DNA from: an uncultured Chloroflexia bacterium | GTDB lineage: Bacteria > Chloroflexota > Ktedonobacteria > Ktedonobacterales > JADMIN01 | Assembly (NCBI GenBank): GCA_963718915.1 | Contig: CAVRAI010000004.1 | Location: forward strand, 704,504-768,503 | DNA length: 64,000 nt | Direction of reading: 5' to 3' | Shown: positions 50,577-58,708 of the stretch, piece after piece | Layout of the letters: every line of letters starts with the position of its first letter | How positions within the stretch are numbered: the first letter of the stretch is position 1 | Notes under the pieces: model-generated | What the model saw: the letters and a program-made list of their open reading frames with translations, nothing else | Told to the model about the DNA's origin: nothing | Database searches by the model: none | Position numbers and translations under genes: made by a program

Positions 50577-53200
50577 TGGGCGAGACGATTTTCTGGTGGT
50601 TGGCAATTGAAGTGATCGGTCTCGCTGGGCTGCCCCTGACCGCGCTGGTCTTCGCCAATCTGCCTGATCGCGGCTGGTCGCTGGCCAAACCGTTCAGCTT
50701 GCTTATGCTTGGCTGGCTGATCTGGTTTCCCCTCACCCTCATCTCGGCGCTGCCATTCAACCGTGTTTGGATTGTACTGACACTACTCCTCTATCTCGCG
50801 GGGAACGTTGCGCTTGTGTGGAGGGTGGCGCGCGTCAGAAATGCGCTCGCAGCGCTTTTTGCACGGCAGCGCGGCTATCTCATTCTCACCGAACTCCTCT
50901 TTATCGTGGCGTTCGCGGCGATGGTCTGGGAGCGGTCCTTTACTCCCGCAGTGGTGGACACCGAAAAATTTATGGATGTGGCGTTCCTCTCGTCGATCTG
51001 GCGTGCTCCCCACCTGCCACCACCTGACCCATGGCTCAGTGGCCAGTCTATTAACTACTACTACTTTGGCCACTATCTGATAGCGCTGCTCGCAAAGCTG
51101 CTTGGCACTGTTCCCGGCACGGCCTTCAATCTCGGCATTGGCCTCATCTTTGCGCTCACGGCGGTGGCGGTGTTTGGTGTCGCCGCTAATCTCTTCGCCG
51201 TGGTGTCTCCCACTAGGCGAGGATTCTGGCGCGGGCTGGTTGGATTGACCTCGGCGTTCTTTGTGCTGATTCTCGGCAACCTGAACGGGGCGCAGGTCTG
51301 GTGGCAGAACGCGCAGGATCTGGCGCGCCAGTTGCCAGCGCTCTACAGCAGCCCGTGGGCATGGTTACTCCATCGCGATGTCTGGACGCGCTACGACTGG
51401 TGGGCGCCTTCGCGAGTCATCCCCAACACGATCAACGAGTTTCCGGCGTTCAGTTTTGTTCTTGCCGATCTACACGCGCATGTGCTGGCGCTACCCTTTG
51501 CGACTGTGGCTATCGGTCTTGCGTGCAACCTGCTGCTTGCGCGTAGGTCAGGCATTCATGCATTTGGTGATGGGCGTCTGAGTTTGCTCGTACTTCTGGC
51601 TTGCGGTGTGGCGATAGGTGGGCTGTATGCCATCAATGGATGGGACTTACCCACCTATCTGGGACTGGCAGTGCTGGCGCTCGCGATTCAGCAGTGGCTG
51701 GCGCATGAGCGGCGGTTCAGCAAACCGCTCTTCATCGATTTCCTGACGGTCGCACTGTTACTCTGCGCGCTGTGTTTTGTCGCATACTTGCCATTCTATC
51801 GCGACTATTCCTCGCCAGGAGAAGGCGTGGGGCTGGTTCCATTTAATGCGCGCACTCCTATAGGCTACGAAGTGGCTATTTTCGGTCTGCCCCTGTTTGT
51901 GCTGCTCTCGCTGGCGACGGTGCGATTGGTGAAGCGCTGGCCTGCGCCGGGCGCGCAGATCACTTTGGCAACTGGAGTGGTGCTGGCATTGGGATCTTTG
52001 CTTGTGCCCAACGCGACACTCTGGACGTTACTCGGGGCACTGCTGGTGGTAGCTGTCTGCGCCTATCTAGCGGCTGGTCTACTGGGGCTGCGGTTAGGTA
52101 GTGGTCTACCTGCGGATGCGCTCTACCCCCACGAGGATGCGCGCGAGAATGAACGGTTGCGCGCCAGGGCGTGGCTCTGGTGCCTCAGCGGTACGGCTGT
52201 CGCGCTGATTGCCGCCTGCGAGCTAGTCTTTCTCCGAGATGTGTTTGCTGGGGGAGATCAGGGCCCGCTTGGCTCGGCCTTCCGAATGAACACCGTCTTC
52301 AAACTGTATTATCAAGCATGGCTGCTGCTGGGCATCGTCGCGGGGCCAGCGCTCTGGTGGTTGCTTGCTGGCGCATTTCGCTGGTTGCGCACTGCTTTCG
52401 TTGCGCATGATTGGGCGGAGCCACAACCGGCTCTAGTGCGCGTGGCGCCGGGCGCGCAGATGCTTCATGGTGAGGCTGGCTCGCTGGCGACCCTCGCCGC
52501 GAGCGACCCCTATGCGGATCTCTCGGCGGCTGTTCCACCAAATAGTTCAATATCGGCGGGAACCGATACACATGAGCCACCGTCCATACACAGTGGGCAT
52601 AGACGCACTGGGCCAGATGCGTTGCGCGCACTCGGTGCGGGTGGTATCGTACTCTGGATACTTGTGTGTGCGGCGCTGGTTGGCGCGGCTACGATCTATC
52701 CCATCATGGCGACCGCGGCCCGTACGGCTAATTTCACGCTGTCACGCTCGCTTGACGGCACGGCCTATATGAGCACCGATCTGGTGAATCAGGGCGATGC
52801 GCAGGCCATTGCGTGGCTCAATGCCCACGTGACGGGTGATGCGGTTATCGTCGAAGCCGCGCAATATGACGAGTACACGCACAATGGTCGTGTCTCGGCC
52901 TTTACGGGGCTGCCAACGCTGATTGGTTGGGGAGGCCACGAGCTACAGTGGCGTTACAACTGGTTGCAGCAGCCAGGGCGAGGCAATCTCATTACACAGC
53001 GGTTGAATGCTGTGGCGCAAATTTATACCGATACCAGCGAGCAGCAGGTGTTGAAGCTGCTCCATCAATACTCAGTGAGCTATGTATATGTTGGCGCGGC
53101 GGAACGCCAGTTATATCCATCGGCTGACCTGGGTCGTTTCGCGACGTTTCTCCGCATGGTCTATCATTCCGCTGATGTGACCATCTACGCGGTTCCATAA
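50576..53200 (+). CDS. Chlor_Arch_YYY / DUF2298 family polytopic membrane protein
   Basis: 874 aa with many TM segments. Contains SINYYYFGHYLIALLAKL, VIPNTINEFPAFSFVLADLHAHV and MNTVFKLYYQAW. The ATG overlaps the upstream stop (TAATG). Confidence 0.85.
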   Translation: MGETIFWWLAIEVIGLAGLPLTALVFANLPDRGWSLAKPFSLLMLGWLIWFPLTLISALPFNRVWIVLTLLLYLAGNVALVWRVARVRNALAALFARQRGYLILTELLFIVAFAAMVWERSFTPAVVDTEKFMDVAFLSSIWRAPHLPPPDPWLSGQSINYYYFGHYLIALLAKLLGTVPGTAFNLGIGLIFALTAVAVFGVAANLFAVVSPTRRGFWRGLVGLTSAFFVLILGNLNGAQVWWQNAQDLARQLPALYSSPWAWLLHRDVWTRYDWWAPSRVIPNTINEFPAFSFVLADLHAHVLALPFATVAIGLACNLLLARRSGIHAFGDGRLSLLVLLACGVAIGGLYAINGWDLPTYLGLAVLALAIQQWLAHERRFSKPLFIDFLTVALLLCALCFVAYLPFYRDYSSPGEGVGLVPFNARTPIGYEVAIFGLPLFVLLSLATVRLVKRWPAPGAQITLATGVVLALGSLLVPNATLWTLLGALLVVAVCAYLAAGLLGLRLGSGLPADALYPHEDARENERLRARAWLWCLSGTAVALIAACELVFLRDVFAGGDQGPLGSAFRMNTVFKLYYQAWLLLGIVAGPALWWLLAGAFRWLRTAFVAHDWAEPQPALVRVAPGAQMLHGEAGSLATLAASDPYADLSAAVPPNSSISAGTDTHEPPSIHSGHRRTGPDALRALGAGGIVLWILVCAALVGAATIYPIMATAARTANFTLSRSLDGTAYMSTDLVNQGDAQAIAWLNAHVTGDAVIVEAAQYDEYTHNGRVSAFTGLPTLIGWGGHELQWRYNWLQQPGRGNLITQRLNAVAQIYTDTSEQQVLKLLHQYSVSYVYVGAAERQLYPSADLGRFATFLRMVYHSADVTIYAVP

Positions 53201-53215
53201 GTCAGGAGTGAGTCT

Positions 53216-55981
53216 ATGGCTCGAAAGAGTAACAGCGCTGAAGGCGGCGGGTCTCGGCATATGAGCGCTGCGAACATCTATCGGTCGACCCAGTCGGCGT
53301 CTGAGGCTGCCTCGGTTGATGCGGCGCTATCGCTAACAAACGCAGAGATAGATGCTCCTGAAGAAGATGTAGCACAAGATGATGCTGTGCCTGTTCTGAC
53401 ATCCATCTATGATCGTACGCCAGTCCGCGAACGACTCGAATATCAGGCGCGACAGATGTGGGACTACATCCGATCTATGCGGCTTGAGCAGTGGCTCTGG
53501 ATCGGCGTAATTCTGCTGGCGACGATTTTGCGCTTCTGGGATTTGGGCGCAAAACCGCTTCATCATGACGAGAGCATGCATGCGTTTTTCTCGTTGACAT
53601 TCGCTCGTAATCCTGCGAGCTATGAGTATGATCCATTGCTCCATGGGCCGTTTCAGTTCCATGCTGAAGGCTTCATTTTTATGGTGATACTGGCTGCTGA
53701 GCGTATTTTTGGCGTTGGTGGCGCGGCTGGGAACCCATGGATCAACGATGCGACTGCCCGAATCTTACCAGCGATATTTGGCGTCGGAATCGTCGTGCTG
53801 CCACTTGGCCTGCGGCGCCAGCTTGGCCGCATTGGCGCGCTGGTTGCCGCGCTGCTGCTGGCGGTCTCGCCCACTTTCGTTTACTTCTCTCGCTTCCTGC
53901 GCGAAGACATTTACTTCAACTTCTTCATGTTCGCGGTGGTGATCTGTGCGGTGCAATATGCTCACAAGCGCACTATTCGCTGGATAGTAGGTCTTTTTCT
54001 CTCGGCCATCTTAGCGTATGCCACCTTTGAAGGCATCTACCTGACCTTGGTCATCTTCGCCTCGTTCCTGGTGCTGCTCGTGCTCTGGGAACTCTCCTAC
54101 AGTCTGGCGCGTCGCCTGCCAAAGGAGTTGACGCGACGCGAGCGGCTCTTCTTCAGTCGAGCGGGGCTGCTGCTGGTAGCAGGCGGCATCGGTGGTATTC
54201 TGGCCTACATCGGCCTGCACATCCTGAACAACCTCAGCACCTATATCACCACGCATACTGCCCAGACAGATATCCAGATCGTTCAATTGGAAAACACGAC
54301 GGTGCTGGTTCTGCTCTATCTGAGTATCATTGTCGCCATCACGGTCATTGGCGTCTTGCTCTGGCAAATCTCGCGTGATGATAGCCGTGTCAGCTTTGAG
54401 GGCGAGCCATACGATGACGCCGACGAAGAACACGTGCCAGGTAAGTCGTTTTCCAATCGGCTCGAGGCGATCTTTACCGCGCCTGGACGGCGGATCGCGG
54501 CCATTCGCGAGCGCATCGATCCCGACGAGAAGCCCTTCCTGCATATGTTGCTTGGGATTAGTTGGGTGCACTGGTTCGTTGGGATTGTCGCGGCATGGGT
54601 GGTTTTTGCTGCCCTTTACTGGGTGCTGCCCCCTGGTCCTCAGGGCAATCTGACATGGGGGCAGGGCTTCCAGATTGGTGTCGGCAGGGGCGTCTGGCAG
54701 GGCCTCTATTACTGGTTGCAACAACAACAGATCGCTCGTGGTGGGCAGCCGATCTATTACTACATGTTGCTGCTGCCACTCTACGAGCAGCTTGCCATCG
54801 TCTTTGGCATTGGGGGCGCGGTCTATGCGCTATTCCGCCCGACTCGCTTCCGCCTCTTCCTGGTCTGGTGGTTTGTTGTCTCCATGGGCCTGTATTCCTG
54901 GGCAGGGGAGAAGATGCCGTGGCTCTCGATCCACATTCTGCTGCCGTTGATGTTGCTGGCGGCGATTATGATCGAGCGGCTGATTGAGGCATGCATCGAT
55001 CTCTCGTGGGATGTTCGGCTACAGGGAGCGCGCGCGCTGCTCTTGCGCCCGGCGGAACAGGTTCAATTGGCCACCGAAGCAAGTCTCAACGCGAGCAGTT
55101 CGGGTGACATAGCCACCGAGCAGAGCCGGTTCTCTGAATCCAGTGCGGATAGGGAAAATGATATCGTCAGAGAACAGGTGCAACACAACCCCTGGAACCC
55201 ACCTGCCTTCTTCATATCCATCCAGCGGTTCTTGACGCCGGTAGGGCGGGTTATTCAGCGCGTGAAACGTGCAGTTGCCTGGCGCTCCGTCGGAACCATT
55301 GCGACGGCAGCGCTGGCGCTGGCGCTCTTCATCCCGATGATTCATAGTATGGTCGAGCTCGCCTACGTGGAACCAGCGGATGGTCCACAAGAGATGATGA
55401 CCTATGTGCAGACGACGCCAGATGTCACTGCGGCGATGGCGAAGATCAACGCTGCGGATCAGAAGCTCCATGCAGGTAATCACCAGCTACAGGTATGGGT
55501 GGGCCAGGGCGAGGAATGGCCAATGTACTGGTATCTGCGCGACTATTACCTGGATCCCCATCCGGGAACGTATGTAACCTTTGATCCAGCCAGCCTTACT
55601 GATAAGTTTGCCCAGGGCGTGCCTGCTCCCGATGTGCTCATCCTGCTGCCGTCCGACGCGGCCACGTTTATGGCGGCGCATCCTGGCTATCATGCGAAGC
55701 AATACAAATTGCGCTCGTGGTGGGATGAGTCGTATAAGCTGCCGCTTTGCAGCGCGACGGTCAAATCAATGTGTACGACGTCCGCGGATTGGGGAACTGG
55801 TGTCGGGCTAGGTAACTACCTGAGCTACGGCAGCCAGCCTCCCGCCAACGCGAAGTTCGATCTGGGGCGGACCGTGAATCGGCTCTGGAACTGGCTCTGG
55901 TACCGCCAGCCACTGGGTGATGTCAATGGCTCGTACGATTTTACGCTGGTCGTTCGCGATGGACTTCCTATTCAACCATAG
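53216..55981 (+). CDS. TIGR03663-like (Agl23-like) GT-C-fold polytopic membrane protein
   Basis: 921 aa. Contains LGAKPLHHDESMHAFFSLTF..YEYDPLLHGPFQFH followed by many TM segments. AGGAG lies upstream of the ATG. The family assignment is from memory of the motif. Confidence 0.8.
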   Translation: MARKSNSAEGGGSRHMSAANIYRSTQSASEAASVDAALSLTNAEIDAPEEDVAQDDAVPVLTSIYDRTPVRERLEYQARQMWDYIRSMRLEQWLWIGVILLATILRFWDLGAKPLHHDESMHAFFSLTFARNPASYEYDPLLHGPFQFHAEGFIFMVILAAERIFGVGGAAGNPWINDATARILPAIFGVGIVVLPLGLRRQLGRIGALVAALLLAVSPTFVYFSRFLREDIYFNFFMFAVVICAVQYAHKRTIRWIVGLFLSAILAYATFEGIYLTLVIFASFLVLLVLWELSYSLARRLPKELTRRERLFFSRAGLLLVAGGIGGILAYIGLHILNNLSTYITTHTAQTDIQIVQLENTTVLVLLYLSIIVAITVIGVLLWQISRDDSRVSFEGEPYDDADEEHVPGKSFSNRLEAIFTAPGRRIAAIRERIDPDEKPFLHMLLGISWVHWFVGIVAAWVVFAALYWVLPPGPQGNLTWGQGFQIGVGRGVWQGLYYWLQQQQIARGGQPIYYYMLLLPLYEQLAIVFGIGGAVYALFRPTRFRLFLVWWFVVSMGLYSWAGEKMPWLSIHILLPLMLLAAIMIERLIEACIDLSWDVRLQGARALLLRPAEQVQLATEASLNASSSGDIATEQSRFSESSADRENDIVREQVQHNPWNPPAFFISIQRFLTPVGRVIQRVKRAVAWRSVGTIATAALALALFIPMIHSMVELAYVEPADGPQEMMTYVQTTPDVTAAMAKINAADQKLHAGNHQLQVWVGQGEEWPMYWYLRDYYLDPHPGTYVTFDPASLTDKFAQGVPAPDVLILLPSDAATFMAAHPGYHAKQYKLRSWWDESYKLPLCSATVKSMCTTSADWGTGVGLGNYLSYGSQPPANAKFDLGRTVNRLWNWLWYRQPLGDVNGSYDFTLVVRDGLPIQP

Positions 55982-56017
55982 CATAGGCCTGGCGCTGAAC
56001 AGAGAGGTGGCGTGCTG

Positions 56018-56753
56018 ATGAACCAACAGACGCACGCTGAACAGGCGCCGCTGGACATGCTGGAGGAGCGCATCGGCGCCTCCTTCAGCGACAGTACGCT
56101 GCTTGTCCGCGCGCTGACCCATCATTCAATCTGCCCGCAGACGGCACAGCGCGACGCCTATGACACGCTGGAGTTTCTCGGCGATGCGCTTATCAGCGCC
56201 TATGTCGTGGAGCACCTCTTTCAGGCCTATCCCGATGCGACCGAGGGCGAGTTGACCGCGCTGAAGTCGGAGGTGGTCAGCCGGAGGGTGTTTGCGCAGA
56301 TTGGGCTAGGCCTTGGCCTCATGGAGTTCATCCGCGCTGATCCAGCCAGCCTGCGCACCTTTAATGATCGTTCGCGCGAGTCGCTGTGCGCTGACGTGCT
56401 GGAAGCGTTGGTTGGCGCGATCCACCTGGATGCCGGACGGGCGGCGGGCGAAGATTTTTGTCGGTCGGTTCATTCTGCCGGTTATTCCTGAGGTGCGAGC
56501 GACCCTAGGCGAACGCAATCCCAAGGGCGCGCTCCAGCAGCATGTCTTACGTCAGTCGGGGCAACTTCCACGCTATGAAGTGCTCGATGAGCGTGGTGAG
56601 AGTAACGACCGCAGCTATCTTGTCGGCGTCTTCGCGGGAGATCGCCTGCTTGGGCGCGGCGAGGGCAGCAGCATTAAAGCGGCTGGCAGAGAGGCGGCTC
56701 GTGCGGCGCTCGCAGGCGAATTTCCCAATGGCAACGGGCCATTCACAGAATAA
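56018..56753 (+). pseudogene. rnc: Ribonuclease III, interrupted by one +1 frameshift (or a sequencing indel)
   Basis: The catalytic domain lies in one frame (DTLEFLGDALISAYVVEHLF..CADVLEALVGAIHLDAG). The dsRNA-binding domain lies in the next frame (AKIFVGRFILPVIPEV..NPKGALQQHVLRQSGQLPRYEVL..SSIKAAGREAARAALA). The junction is at about 56441-56452. Confidence 0.7.
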
Positions 56754-57825
56754 GCATCGCATCGCCGAAGCTGTAGAACCGATACCGTTGAACAACCGCC
56801 TCTTCATAGGCGCGCAGTATCAACTCGCGGCCAGCGAACGCACTCACCAGCACCAGGAGCGTCGAGCGCGGCAGGTGGAAATTGGTGATCATCACATCCA
56901 CTGCCCGAAACTCCGAGCCGGGCCGGAGAAATAGCGATGTGCGCCCGCGATAGGGTGTCACCAGCGCGGATGCGCTTGCTAACGCGCCTTCACCTTGCGC
57001 TCGCTGCTCAGCAGTCAGCGCGGCAACACTCTCCAGCACGCGCACTGACGTTGTGCCGACGGCGACTATTCGCCCTCTGTTAGGCCGTGTCGTGTTGATC
57101 TTCTCCGCCGCTTCAGCATCCAGTTCGATCTCTTCTGTGTGCATCACATGCTCTTCGAGGTTGTCTTCTTCGATGGGTCGGAAGGTGTCCAGGCCAATGT
57201 GCAGTGTGACGGTTGCCAGGCCAATACCGCGTGCGGTGAGGGAGGCGAGCAGTTGTGGGGTGAAGTGCAGCCCAGCTGTTGGCGCTGCGGCTGATCCCGG
57301 CAGGCGGGCGTAAACGGTCTGATAGCGCTCGGCGTCGGCTAGCGGCGCATGGATATAGGGTGGCAATGGCACCGTGCCAACCCGCGCGATTGCGTTGGCA
57401 ACCACGCCCTCGCGAGCGGCCAGATGGACGATGCGCCCTCCAGATGGGGTGCGTTCAAGAATCTCCGCGGTAAGTAGCCCGTCACCAAAGAGCACGCGCT
57501 GGCCCGCGCGCAACCGCCGCCCTGGACGCACCAGCGCCTCCCAATAGTCCAGTCCCAGATCGTTGCGGATTGCCAGCAGGAGGATTTCTGCCCGGCCGCC
57601 ACTGTCCTGCTTCACGCCTAGTAGGCGCGCTGGTAGCACACGGCTCTGATTGGCGACCAGCAGATCACCCGTATGCAGATAATCTCCGATATCGCGGAAA
57701 TGTCGGTGCTCGATCCGTCCGTCGCTGCGATGCAACACGAGCAGACGCGAGCTATCACGTGGTTCAATGGGCGTTTGTGCGATTAATTCCGGGGGCAGGC
57801 CGTAGGTGAAATCGGAGATATTCAT
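56743..57825 (-). CDS. queA: S-adenosylmethionine:tRNA ribosyltransferase-isomerase
   Basis: 360 aa. Contains MNISDFTYGLPPELIAQTPIEPRDSSRLLVL, PLPPYI and GTTSVRVLES. Its 3' end overlaps the rnc 3' end by 11 nt (convergent genes). Confidence 0.93.
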   Translation of the reverse strand: MNISDFTYGLPPELIAQTPIEPRDSSRLLVLHRSDGRIEHRHFRDIGDYLHTGDLLVANQSRVLPARLLGVKQDSGGRAEILLLAIRNDLGLDYWEALVRPGRRLRAGQRVLFGDGLLTAEILERTPSGGRIVHLAAREGVVANAIARVGTVPLPPYIHAPLADAERYQTVYARLPGSAAAPTAGLHFTPQLLASLTARGIGLATVTLHIGLDTFRPIEEDNLEEHVMHTEEIELDAEAAEKINTTRPNRGRIVAVGTTSVRVLESVAALTAEQRAQGEGALASASALVTPYRGRTSLFLRPGSEFRAVDVMITNFHLPRSTLLVLVSAFAGRELILRAYEEAVVQRYRFYSFGDAMLIL

Positions 57826-57860
57826 GGGTCATATTATATCTCAGTGTGGCCGATACAGCG

Positions 57861-58463
57861 CTACCGAACAGGCTTGACAGGCTTGGGCGCAATTGTTCCG
57901 GGTGGTGGAAGCCGCTTCATATCTGCTGCAGGTTCGACTGAGCGATGGGCAAGTCTTCCGATGAATGGGTAGGTATACTTTTTACCCAGCAGGGAGGCAA
58001 TGGCTCCTACAATTGATGACGAAAAGAAGAATATCGTCGCGCCAACCGGAATAAGAAATAAGCCGATCACCGAGCCAATCATGCTCCCGCCCGCAATCTG
58101 CCCGGGCAAACCACTTGACTCGGAACCGCCAACGGAGAGAATTGTCGTAAGTAGCAGAAGGCCAATCGCCAGAAAGACAATGATATGGCCTAACGTCTGC
58201 CAGAGGACGGCCTGCCGCGCCTGCATCGCCACATAGCGTGATCGACGTCGTTGAGTGAACCAGATCACTGACGCGAGCAGCATTCCTGGTAAACTGAAGA
58301 GAGTCAGTAGATGGGCGACGGCGGCGAGGATGCGTTCCAGGGCAGTTGGACGAATGGGATAGCGCACCTCGGACCAGTGCGTTGGCCCGTCATTCGTAAA
58401 TATTGGCGCCGATCCTTTCCACGTTACGTGCGCGAAAATCTGGATACGGAAAGCGCGATGCAC
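57861..58463 (-). CDS. DUF4870-like small membrane protein
   Basis: Contains LAAVAHLLTLFSLPGMLLASVIWFTQRRRSRYVAMQARQAVLWQ plus further TM segments. The start is uncertain. Confidence 0.65.
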   Translation of the reverse strand: MHRAFRIQIFAHVTWKGSAPIFTNDGPTHWSEVRYPIRPTALERILAAVAHLLTLFSLPGMLLASVIWFTQRRRSRYVAMQARQAVLWQTLGHIIVFLAIGLLLLTTILSVGGSESSGLPGQIAGGSMIGSVIGLFLIPVGATIFFFSSSIVGAIASLLGKKYTYPFIGRLAHRSVEPAADMKRLPPPGTIAPKPVKPVR

Positions 58464-58708
58464 AGCTTACGCCAGAAGGTGGCGGACGGTCAAGCGATAA
58501 TTTGAGAGTCGCACGGTGTGGATTTTAGTCATTGCTCTCGAATCGCTCGCGCAAGTGTGCTATATTCAGGTATCGTGCGCTACAAAGTACCGTTCAGGCA
58601 CTGGCAACAGGCCAGAATATGGTATGGTGTGGCGATGTATCGGCGAGAAACTGGGCAGCGGAGGCGAGGTCGTGGCTCCTGCCTGTCCGGACTAATCACT
58701 ACTCATGA

